A stretch of DNA of 32,000 nucleotides, taken from NCBI GenBank assembly GCA_037439685.1, contig JBBIVO010000002.1, forward strand, positions 8,918 through 40,917. The letters run 5' to 3'. The stretch comes from Candidatus Bathyarchaeota archaeon (lineage in GTDB: Archaea; Thermoproteota; Bathyarchaeia; TCS64). Of the stretch, positions 8,242 to 17,300 are shown piece by piece. Position numbers and translations under genes: made by a program. The stretch's first letter is position 1. Each line of letters starts with the position of its first letter. Under the pieces are notes generated by a model, which was not told the DNA's origin, did no database searches, and was given only the letters and a program-made list of their open reading frames with translations.

Positions 8242-8316
8242 TTCTCAGTTATGGGCCTCTCACGTAGATGAGGTCAACCTCCATTCATATAGAGATATAA
8301 ATCGGAAGATGCAACC

Positions 8317-9510
8317 ATGAAGGATATGAGGGGGTGGATCCGGGATAGTGCCGGGGTCCTTGTTGGAGGAGCGCTCTCCCTCTTCACCCTTAATCTCCTT
8401 AACGCGGCGTATCCGCCAGTCCTGTCAGTGATAAAGGAGGAGCTGGGTCTGAGCTACACCCTCAGCGGGGCCCTGATGTCCTCCTATCAATTGGGATACG
8501 CCATCGGGCAGATGCCCTGGGGATACCTGGCCGACAGGGTTGGATGCAGGAGAGCCATGACCCTGAGCCTGATCGGAGCCGCTTCGGCCATGATCCTCTT
8601 CGGATCATCGGCCTCTACATCGCAGGCTATCCTGGCGAGGTTCATGGCGGGCCTCTTGGGCGCCGGAATATTCGTGCCATCCGTTAAGCTCGTCTCGAGC
8701 TGGTTCCCATCTGATAGGAGGGGAACCATGCTGGGGGTGCTGAGCGTGGGGGGAAGCCTGGGCTTGGCTATGGCATCCTGGGCCTCTCCAGTGATGGGGG
8801 TCGCCCTCGGATGGAGGGCGACCCTAACCCTCTTCGGCATCTTCGGGGCTCTTATGGCCATCCCATCCTGGATCGGGATTAGGGATAGGGGGAGCCGAGG
8901 CGGAGGGGTTAAGGGGGCCCTTGGCCTATATAGGCGTAGGAGCTTCTGGCTGCTCGCCCTCATCCAGCTCCTTCGCCTCGGCTCATATTACACCTTCATC
9001 GCCTGGCTCCCCCTACTGCTCAGCGAGGAGCATGGCCTGGACATCGTGGCGGCCGGCGCCGCCCTATCCATATTCAACCTCTCGGGGATGCTCTCAAACC
9101 CCCTCGGAGGAGTCTTCTCGGACCGCCTTGGGGAGAGGAGGGTTCTATTCCTCACCTTCCTCGCCCTGGCACCGGCCACGCTCATGTTGAATTATCGCTT
9201 GGGCTCGGCCATATATCTCGAGGCCTTCTTAATGGGATGGCTGGTAAACTTCAGTCGGAGCCCCTCCTTCACGGTGATCCCCAAGCTGTTTGGGGTCGAG
9301 GTGGCTGGGAGGGTCTCCGGCATCCACAACACGTTCGCGTCCCTCGGGGCCCTCGCCCTCCCCTTCATGCTCGGATATGTGAGGGATGTCACATCCACCT
9401 ATAGCCTTGGGCTGGCCGCCATCGCGGCCCTCGTGGCCGTCGGGGCCCTCTCAGCCTTGATGCTGGAGGACCCAGGGGCTGGGGCAGACCCTCAGGGCTG
9501 TCGGGGCTAA
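8317..9510 (+). CDS. MFS transporter
   Basis: 397 aa with about 12 hydrophobic segments, a 'GYLADRVGCRR' loop-2/3 signature (MFS motif A-like) and its repeat 'GGVFSDRLGERR' in the second half. Confidence 0.8.
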   Translation: MKDMRGWIRDSAGVLVGGALSLFTLNLLNAAYPPVLSVIKEELGLSYTLSGALMSSYQLGYAIGQMPWGYLADRVGCRRAMTLSLIGAASAMILFGSSASTSQAILARFMAGLLGAGIFVPSVKLVSSWFPSDRRGTMLGVLSVGGSLGLAMASWASPVMGVALGWRATLTLFGIFGALMAIPSWIGIRDRGSRGGGVKGALGLYRRRSFWLLALIQLLRLGSYYTFIAWLPLLLSEEHGLDIVAAGAALSIFNLSGMLSNPLGGVFSDRLGERRVLFLTFLALAPATLMLNYRLGSAIYLEAFLMGWLVNFSRSPSFTVIPKLFGVEVAGRVSGIHNTFASLGALALPFMLGYVRDVTSTYSLGLAAIAALVAVGALSALMLEDPGAGADPQGCRG

Positions 9511-9514
9511 CCCC

Positions 9515-9925
9515 CTAACCCTGAAAGACCACGGGGTCTCCCAGCCTGAGGCTTGGGGGCTCGAGGGACCCCGACCTCACCAGGATGTTCATGTGGTTGG
9601 GCATGTGGGTGAGGTCGAAGCCCCCCAAGGTTCCGAGGGGTCTGCCGCCTAGGGTCACCTCATCCCCAACCACTATGACGCCTCCCCTCTTAACCTCGAA
9701 GAAGGCTATCGCGGAGACTCGGTCAACGGTGCCCCCGAGGGTCGGCTCCTCGTCGGTTATCATGAGTTCATGGATCTCGCCCTGGAGGAGGGCCCTGCTC
9801 ATCGCCTCTATGAGCCTTAGGCCCCTCCTCTCGAACCTTATCTGGAGGAGGGCTACGACCTCCCCCACGCCCGGGCGCCTCTCGCCGTAGGCCCCTCTGG
9901 TTATGAGCCTCGGGTCATAATTCAA
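9515..9925 (-). CDS. Conserved hypothetical protein (small beta-rich domain), unknown function
   Basis: 136-aa ORF with good coding-like composition. It starts 24 nt downstream of the asparaginase-family gene on the same strand, so it is probably co-transcribed. No motif that I can name with confidence. Confidence 0.45.
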   Translation of the reverse strand: MNYDPRLITRGAYGERRPGVGEVVALLQIRFERRGLRLIEAMSRALLQGEIHELMITDEEPTLGGTVDRVSAIAFFEVKRGGVIVVGDEVTLGGRPLGTLGGFDLTHMPNHMNILVRSGSLEPPSLRLGDPVVFQG

Positions 9926-9949
9926 GGCTGATACCTCCCCTCGGCACCC

Positions 9950-10903
9950 TCAGCCTCTCACCCAGACCCCTCTCCTCTCCTCCGGCCCCTTGGAGTCGAT
10001 GTGCATGTAGTAGTATATGGGCTCCCTGCTTATCGAGGCCGCCATGGTGTTCCCCTTCCTGTCGAAGGCTAGGCAGCTCAGGCCTCCATACTCCCCGAGG
10101 GCTAGGGCATCCCTCATGGCCTTGATGCAGGCCTATTGGACGCTCACGCCGCCCTCCATGTAGAATACTATGCTCCTGGCCGTCGAAAGCCTGATGGAGA
10201 GCTCCCCCCTACCGGTGCAGGCAGCCGCCCCAACCCTGTTGTCGCAGTAGTTCCCAGCCCCTATTATCGGCGAGTCTCCAACCCTCCCCGGGAGCTTCAA
10301 GGCCGTGCCGCTCGTGGAGACGCCCGAGCAGATATCCCCATTCCCATCCATGGCCATCACGTTGACGGTCCCATGATGGATCTCTGAGAGCCTACTGTAC
10401 CAGTCTCTGAGCCTGAAGTGCCTAACATAATCCATCCAGTATGCCCTCGCCTCCCCGAAGCTCTCGTCGAGTCCTCCCAACATGTCCTCGACGAAGGCCC
10501 TGTAGACCCTTCGGCTCCTCTCCGTGAGGAGGTCTTGGCGCTGGAATCCCATCGCCTCGGCGAAGAGTTCAGCCCCTCTACCCACCAGCAGGACGTGGGG
10601 TGAGACCTCCATAACCTTCCTCGCTATCGATATCGGGTGGAGGAACCCCTCCACGGCCGCCACGGCCCCAGCCCTAAGGGTCCTGCCATCCATTATAGAG
10701 GCGTCGAGCTGGGGAACCCCCAAGAGGTTGGGTATCCCGCCCAAGCCGACGCCCGTGTCCAGGGGGTTCTTCTCAACCATCCGGATGGTGGCCTCAACGG
10801 CGTCGATGGCTGACCCCCCACCCCTGAGAACCTCAGCGCCCCTGGAGAGCATCTCCCTAGCGTTGGCCGTCCCGATTATGAAGGGCTTGACCAAGGCCTT
10901 CAC
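9950..10903 (-). pseudogene. Ntn-hydrolase, isoaspartyl peptidase / L-asparaginase (Asparaginase_2) family, interrupted by an in-frame TAG
   Basis: 'HHGTVNVMAMD' (autoprocessing Thr), 'GRVGDSPIIGAG' and 'TGRGE' motifs. The reading frame continues after the TAG at 10133-10135 for 60 more codons ('ACIKAMRDALALGEYGGLSCLAFDRKGN...') that match the family C-terminus, ending at TGA 9950-9952. Confidence 0.8.
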
Positions 10904-11025
10904 CGATCCTATCGGCCCTCAAAGGACTATTTAAGACCCCATCTCAGAAGCCGAGAAGGTTAAGGCCCATAACCGATGGAAAAGATTTTTCGAATTGGCC
11001 TCTCGATATTCCTTGAGGCCTGGTT

Positions 11026-11551
11026 GTGCTAGGAGGTTATTTTATCCTCCACGTTGATCTGACCGAGGAGAAGGCTTGGGAGGAGGACCTGCTTGACATT
11101 ATTTCCACCCGCCACTTGAAGCTTTGTCGGCTGTTTCGGCCTCGGCCTGAAGCTCCTATACGATAAACTTCCCCTTGGGGTCTCCCCCACCGATCCTCAG
11201 AACCTCCTCATCTTCATGACAGGCCCACTCACGGGCATCCCGGAGGTGCCATCATCCAATAATGCGACCATCACCACCCTGAATGCCGACAAGGGCTTCA
11301 CCGTCGGCCGCTCTCACTCCCATGGCTTCTGGGCTCCAAACCTCAAGTTCGCCGGGTATGATGGCATAGTGGTGGAGGGCGCGTCGGATAACCCCGTCTA
11401 CCTCTGGGTCCATGAGGGCGAGGCGGAGATTAGGGATGCGGAGAGGTTCTGGGGGAAGGACACCCATGAGACTGAGGACTTGATTAAGGAGGATGTGGGG
11501 GAGGCGAGGGCGAGCGTTGCGGCCATAGGCCCCTTACGTAAGGAATGGTGA
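11026..11551 (+). pseudogene. Aldehyde:ferredoxin oxidoreductase (AOR family) N-terminal fragment, frameshifted and 3'-truncated
   Basis: GTG 11026 'LGGYFILHVDLTEEKAWEE..' is in frame 1. A shift near 11115 leads to frame 2 '..GCFGLGLKLLYDKLPLGVSPTDPQNLLIFMTGPLTG...DGIVVEGASDNPVYLWV..'. Homology ends at '..AAIGP|LRKEW*', where intact AORs continue 'GPAGEN'. Confidence 0.7.
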
Positions 11552-11815
11552 TGGAGGTCTATCGACTTAGAAGGCTTGGACTCGACGAGGTCATAAAGGA
11601 TATTTGGGGTTAAAGAGCTTAACGCATCCACTCTTCCCCTTTTTATCTCTTACAACGCTCATGCGGGAAAAAAGCGATATTCTATGGGCTTACAATTGCG
11701 GAATCCTTAAGTTCAACCTTGAAAGAATTTGCATCCTCTTAAATTCATTCCCTTGCCTTATCACTTAGCATAAAGTTTAAATTCTAAGTAATTTCCAGTT
11801 TTTCTTGGTAATGCC

Positions 11816-12055
11816 ATGAGTTACTTGGCAACGGTTTCGAAGAAGGGGTTGATGACGATCCCGAGTGAGGTTAGGCGCAAGTATAGGATTAAGGACGGTG
11901 ATAGGGTGCGCATCATAGATCAGGGAGGCGTATTGCTAATGGTTCCATTAACAGATATAAAGGCCCTCTACGGGCTCGGCGCCGACCATAGGGAGAGGCT
12001 TTTAGCGGCGGTAAGGGAGCTTGAAGAGGAGCACGATGAAGAGGCCAAGGCATGA
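11816..12055 (+). CDS. vapB: AbrB/SpoVT-fold antitoxin (VapB-like)
   Basis: 'ATVSKKGLMTIPSEVRRKYRIKDGDRVRI' is a swapped-hairpin AbrB motif. 79 aa. The stop overlaps the downstream PIN gene start (ATGA). Confidence 0.75.
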   Translation: MSYLATVSKKGLMTIPSEVRRKYRIKDGDRVRIIDQGGVLLMVPLTDIKALYGLGADHRERLLAAVRELEEEHDEEAKA

Positions 12056-12450
12056 GAGCCTATGTATTTGATGCCGGTGCCTTAGCGCTGATCCTGCTTG
12101 GCGATGAGCGCTTAAGCGGTTACGTCGATGAGATATCCCAAGGCGCGGCCAAAGCCTACATATCGGCAGTCAACTTGGCGGAGTTATATTATAAGACGAT
12201 GGAAAAAATTGGCCGTGAAACAACCGAGACATGGTACCTCAGAATCTTGAACTCAAATGTAGCGGTTCTTCCAGCTGACGCTGCGTTGGCTAGAGAGGCG
12301 GGCGTTTATAAGAGTCGATATAGGCGCCTATTATCCTTAGCAGACTGCTTTGCAGCAGCCCTATCCGCGAGGGAGGGGGCGCTCCTACTAACAACAGACA
12401 GCGACTTAAAGGAAGTTAAAGAGATAGAGGTTAAGCACTTATCGATATAA
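12052..12450 (+). CDS. vapC: PIN-domain ribonuclease toxin (VapC-like)
   Basis: 132 aa. N-terminal 'YVFDAGAL' (acidic residue 1) and C-terminal 'LSLADCFAAAL...LLTTDSDL' PIN acidic-residue pattern. 4-nt overlap with vapB. Confidence 0.8.
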   Translation: MRAYVFDAGALALILLGDERLSGYVDEISQGAAKAYISAVNLAELYYKTMEKIGRETTETWYLRILNSNVAVLPADAALAREAGVYKSRYRRLLSLADCFAAALSAREGALLLTTDSDLKEVKEIEVKHLSI

Positions 12451-12501
12451 ACATCCTTTAGAATTAAGATCTTATGATCTATAATGACCTTCGCTTTTTC
12501 T

Positions 12502-12531
12502 CTACAATATTTGATCGATTAAATATTGTAG
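12502..12531. repeat. 30-bp near-perfect palindrome downstream of vapC
   Basis: CTACAATATTTGATC|GATTAAATATTGTAG, with 14 of 15 positions complementary, sitting in an AT-rich spacer 52 nt after the vapC stop. Confidence 0.7.
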
Positions 12532-12667
12532 AAGAAGTCTTAATTAAATCACATAATTTATTCATTATCTAAAATAAAATCATCTTAGAACGAGAGTTCA
12601 TATCACCAGCCCCCTACGAGTCTAACGATAGAATTTAAGCCGCCATTCTATATAGATTATCGGCTCT

Positions 12668-13837
12668 ATGGACCTCTGGAGTAGCCCCCGAGGTCGATGT
12701 GGGGTCTGCGGAGAGGAGTCAACCCCAGTGGCGGGGGCCCTGAACCTATGCCTAAACTGCATCAGGAGCAGACCTGAAGAGGTTGAGAAGGCCATCGAGG
12801 TGAGGCATGGGGAGGCCAGGGCGAGGTATGGCCTTCCCTCCAAGCCTCCTAGAACCCATGGGGGCATCCCATGCACTCTCTGCTCCAACTCCTGCATCAT
12901 GGGGGAGGGGGAGAGGGGCTACTGCGGCCTGAGGTGGAACGAGGAGGGGAGCTTGAGGTCCCTCTCCGACAGTCGGAGGGGCCTCCTATACGCATACTTG
13001 GACCCCCACATAACCAACTGCTGCGCCGCCTGGTTCTGCCCCGGTGGAACCGGAGCAGGCTATCCTAAGTACAGCTATAGGAACGGGCCTGAGTGGGGCT
13101 ATAGCAACCTCGCCGTCTTCCTATATGGGTGCAACTTCGACTGCCTATTCTGCCAGAACCCCTCCCACAAGCTCGTGAGGGAGGGGGAGACCGTATCGGT
13201 TGAGGGGTTCGTAGGATGGGTGGGGAATAACCCGAGGATATCATGCATCTGCTTCTTCGGAGGCTCACCTGAGCCTCAGCTCCCCTTCGCCTTAAAGGCG
13301 GCGGAGGCGGCGGTTGAGGTGAGGGGCGATAAGCCCCTGAGGGTCTGCTTCGAGTGGAATGGGTGTGGTGACCCAAGGCTGGTGAAAAGGGCGGCTGAGC
13401 TCTCCCTATCGACGGGGGGGAATGTGAAGTTCGACCTTAAATGCTTCACCCCCGAGCTGAGCTTGGCCCTGAGCGGGGTCTCCAACGAGAGGGCCTACAG
13501 AAACTTCGAGATGGTCGCGAGGGAGATGCACCCGGAGAGGGGAGAGCCGCCCCTCCTCACAGCCACCACCCTGCTAGTCCCGGGATACGTTGACTCGAGG
13601 GAGGTGGAGGCCATCTCGAGGTTCATAGCAGAGCTCGACCCCAAGATACCCTACAGCCTTTTAATATTCCATCCCGCCCACCTCATGTCCGACCTACCCA
13701 TCACCCCGCTGGGGCAGGTGATAGACTGCTATAGGGCGGCTAGAAGGCATCTGGAGAGGGTTCACATCGGAAATCTAGGCCTCCTAGGAATAAGGAATAT
13801 GCACCAACTCTCCGCCATAGCCTCCTCCCAAACCTGA
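12668..13837 (+). CDS. Radical SAM enzyme (activase-like, N-terminal Cys-rich extension)
   Basis: 'GCNFDCLFCQNP' CxxxCxxC cluster motif. N-terminal 'CGVCGE...CLNC' and 'CTLCSNSC...YCG' Cys clusters. Substrate unknown. Confidence 0.75.
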   Translation: MDLWSSPRGRCGVCGEESTPVAGALNLCLNCIRSRPEEVEKAIEVRHGEARARYGLPSKPPRTHGGIPCTLCSNSCIMGEGERGYCGLRWNEEGSLRSLSDSRRGLLYAYLDPHITNCCAAWFCPGGTGAGYPKYSYRNGPEWGYSNLAVFLYGCNFDCLFCQNPSHKLVREGETVSVEGFVGWVGNNPRISCICFFGGSPEPQLPFALKAAEAAVEVRGDKPLRVCFEWNGCGDPRLVKRAAELSLSTGGNVKFDLKCFTPELSLALSGVSNERAYRNFEMVAREMHPERGEPPLLTATTLLVPGYVDSREVEAISRFIAELDPKIPYSLLIFHPAHLMSDLPITPLGQVIDCYRAARRHLERVHIGNLGLLGIRNMHQLSAIASSQT

Positions 13838-13863
13838 GAGGGGGATAGGGAGGGCTGGAGCCC

Positions 13864-14145
13864 CTAAACATAGGCTAAAATCGTTTGATGAAAGCCGCGG
13901 TTACAGGATACTAAAGCACAGATTAGATCATGATCAGCGTCTTTAACGGTTGTTTGATGATCACCGTAAAGTAGAGGTCTAGGATCAGCCAACAGTCCAT
14001 CAAAGGGGCTCGACCTATCGGATATAATGGTTGAATCTTCGAGTCTGGAGCCTACCATCCCTGTCCCAGGGAGTTCAGGCCTCACTTCCAATCCTGTTTG
14101 GCCTCTTATCTCTTTCCTCCAATATACCCTTAACATGTGCCGCAT
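13864..14145 (-). CDS. Hypothetical ORF of doubtful coding status
   Basis: 93-aa ORF in a region of intermediate GC between the radical SAM gene and ileS. No recognisable motif. It could be a gene remnant. Confidence 0.2.
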   Translation of the reverse strand: MRHMLRVYWRKEIRGQTGLEVRPELPGTGMVGSRLEDSTIISDRSSPFDGLLADPRPLLYGDHQTTVKDADHDLICALVSCNRGFHQTILAYV

Positions 14146-14305
14146 ATCCGTTCCACCCCTCAGGCTTTGAAGATAATTTTTTATCCTACAGGGTCTTTCA
14201 GTAGATCGGTGGCCCCTGGTGTCCGGTGATCCTAAAATCTAGATCTCCAGACGGTCCAGGGGAGACCTTCAAGGTTTCAAAAGCCTCTTGGGAGGGGCCT
14301 TAGGG

Positions 14306-17300
14306 TTGTTTGAGGTTTTTGAGGGAGAGCTGGAGCTACCCAAGCTAGAGCTTGAGGTCCTCAGGTTCTGGAGGGATATAAGGGCCTTCGAGAAGAGGAG
14401 GGAGAGGAACAGGGGTGGGCCGACCTGGAGCTTCATAGACGGCCCGATAACCGCGAACAACCCCATGGGGGTTCACCACGCCTGGGGTAGAACCTACAAG
14501 GACCTGTGGCAGCGGTACAAGGCGATGAGGGGCTTCAACCAGCGCTATCAGAACGGGTTCGACTGCCAGGGACTGTGGGTTGAGGTCGAGCTCGAGAGGG
14601 AGCTGGGCTTCAACTCGAAGCGGGATATAGAGGCCTACGGCATCGCGGAGTTCGTGAAGCGCTGCAAGCAGAGGGTTCTTAGGTATGCGGCCCTCCAGAC
14701 TGAGCAGTCCATAAGGCTTGGGATGTGGATGGAGTGGGACGACCCGGATGAGCTCAGAAGGCTCGCGGAAGCCCTGGAGGAGCCTATGGCTGAGACCTCC
14801 TATCTCGGCCCCAGAGGCCTCTTCGTGGACGCCGCGGAGAGCCTGGTGGGGAGGCTCGGGTCCCATGAGATGGGTGGGAGCTACTTCACATTATCGGATG
14901 AGAACAACTACATGATCTGGGAGCTCCTGAAGAGGTGTCATGAGAGGGGGTGGATATACAGGGGGGAGGACTCGATGCACTGGTGCCCGAGGTGTGGGAC
15001 GGGCCTAAGCCAGCACGAGATAGTGACGGAGGGTTACAGGGAGGTCACCCATAAGAGCCTCTATGTCAGGTTCCCCCTCAAGGATGGGGAGGGGAGCCTC
15101 CTCATCTGGACGACGACACCTTGGACCCTAACCTCAAACGTCGCGGTGGCTGTCCACCCAGTCCTCACATATGTGAAGGTGAGGCATGGGGGGGAGATCC
15201 TCTACCTCTCGAAGGGGGCGCTGGGGAAGGCCTTAGCCCATGGAGGCTTCGAGGTCCTCGAGGAGCTCAGGGGGGCGGATATGGAGGGGTGGAGGTATCA
15301 TGGCCCCTACGACGAGCTTGAGACGCCTAGGAGGATGGGGGCGCCGGAGGCCCACAGGGTCATCCTCTGGGAGGACGTGAGCGAGGCCGAGGGCACTGGG
15401 ATGGTCCACATCGCCCCAGGGGCGGGGAAGGAGGACCTGGAGCTTGGGAGGAGGTATGGCCTCCCGGCCATAGCCCCCCTAGACGAGGCCGGCGTCTTCC
15501 TAGAGGGCTACGGCTTCCTGACTGGAACCCACGTATACAGCTCCGCTGAGGCGATATCTAGAGACCTTAGGGAGAAGGGCCTCCTATATAGGGAGGAGCC
15601 CTACACCCACAGATACCCCGTCTGCTGGCGTTGCGGGAGCGAGCTCGTCTTCAGGCTCGTCGAGGAGTGGTTCATCTCCATGGGGGAGAGGCTTGGGAAG
15701 CCCCTCGAGGAGCTGACCGAGGAGGAGAAGGAGAGGAACCTGAGATACCAGATAATGGAGTCGGCGATGCAGGTTAGATGGATCCCCGAGTTCGGATTGA
15801 AGAGGGAGCTCGACTGGCTCCAGAACATGGAGGACTGGATGATATCGAAGAAGAGGTACTGGGGCCTGGCCCTCCCCATCTGGGCCTGCCAGGAGTGCGG
15901 ATGGTTCGACGTCATCGGGGGCAAGGAGGAGCTGAGGATGAGGGCGGTGGAGGGTTGGGAGGTATTCGAGGGCCGCAGCCCCCACAGGCCCTACATAGAC
16001 GCCGTCAAGATAAGGTGCGAGAGATGCGGCGCGAAGGCCTCAAGGATACCCGATGTGGGGAACCCCTGGCTCGACGCGGGGATAGTGGCCTTCTCAACCC
16101 TGAGGTACAGGGAGGATAGGGACTACTGGGAGAGGTGGTTCCCCGCAGACTTCATCACGGAGTCCTTCCCAGGCCAGTACAGGAACTGGTTCTACGCGAT
16201 GCTCGCCATGAGCACCATCCTCGAGAGGAGGAGCCCCTTCAAGGTCTGCCTCGGCCATGGGCTCGTCCTGGCAGAGGATGGGAGGGAGATGCACAAGAGC
16301 TGGGGGAACGCCATATGGTTCGACGAGGCAGCCGAGAGGATGGGGGCAGACGTGATGCGCTGGATATACTGCACCACCAGGCCCGAGGGCGATGTCCTCT
16401 TCGGCTACAACAGGGCTGCGGAGGTGAAGAGGGGGTTCTTCATGCCCCTCATAAACCTCTACAACTTCTTCGCCATCTACGCGAGGCTCGACGGCTGGAC
16501 CCCAAGCCAATCGGGTGGGGACCCCTCCACACTTGACCGGTGGATCCTCTCAAGGCTCAACTCCACGGTCGAGAGGGTGACGGAGGCCCTCGAGAACTAT
16601 GACGCCTACACGGCCACCTCAGCCATCTGGAGCTTCGTGGAGGTCCTATCGAGGTGGTATGTGAGGAGGAGCCGGCGGAGGTTCTGGAAGAGCGAGGCTG
16701 ACGAGGATAAGAGGGCCGGCTACTCAACCCTCTACACATGCCTCAAGACCCTCACCCTCCTCATGGCTCCCATCACGCCCTTCATCGCCGAGGCCATATA
16801 CCAGAGGCTGGTGAGGGGGGCCGAGCCAGAGGCTCCTGAGAGCGTGCACCTCAACCCATGGCCCGAGGCCGATCCATCCCTCATAGATGAGGGGCTCATC
16901 TCCGATATGGAGATGGCCATGAGGGTGTGCAGCCTAGGGAGAGCTGCGAGGGGTAAGAGCGGCATAAAGCTAAGGCAGCCCCTCCAGGAGGCCGTGGTAG
17001 TCGTCGACCCCTCGGAGGTCGAGGGGGTTAGGAGGATGGCGGACCTGATAAGGGATGAGCTCAACGTGAAGGGCTTGAGGATATCCGAGGATAGGGAGCA
17101 GCTCATGGTGTACCGCGCTAGGCCCATCCCCCGCATCCTGGGGAGGAGGCACGGCAGCCTATACCCCAAGGTCTCTGAGGCGATAAGGCTCCTCGGGGGC
17201 GAGGAGGCGAAGAGGCTGGCGATGGGCGAGAAGGTGGAGGTCTACGTGGACGGAGACAGGTTGGAGGTCCATCCAGAGGAGGTGGAGGTGACGGTTGAGC

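Noticed and set aside
10133-10135. Reading the in-frame TAG of the asparaginase-family gene as pyrrolysine or another recoding event.
   Set aside because: It is a single instance. No pyl genes or suppressor tRNA are in the window, and several genes here appear to terminate normally at TAG (e.g. trm56, rnz). A nonsense mutation or base-call error is the simpler explanation.
13864-14238. Interpreting the minus-strand ORF ('..RHMLRVYWRKEIRG..') as the catalytic C-terminal half of the integrase whose N-terminus sits at 6128.
   Set aside because: The resemblance to the H-x-x-R / terminal Tyr region is superficial. No clear catalytic residues align, and the geometry relative to the tRNA does not fit a split (SSV-type) integrase.
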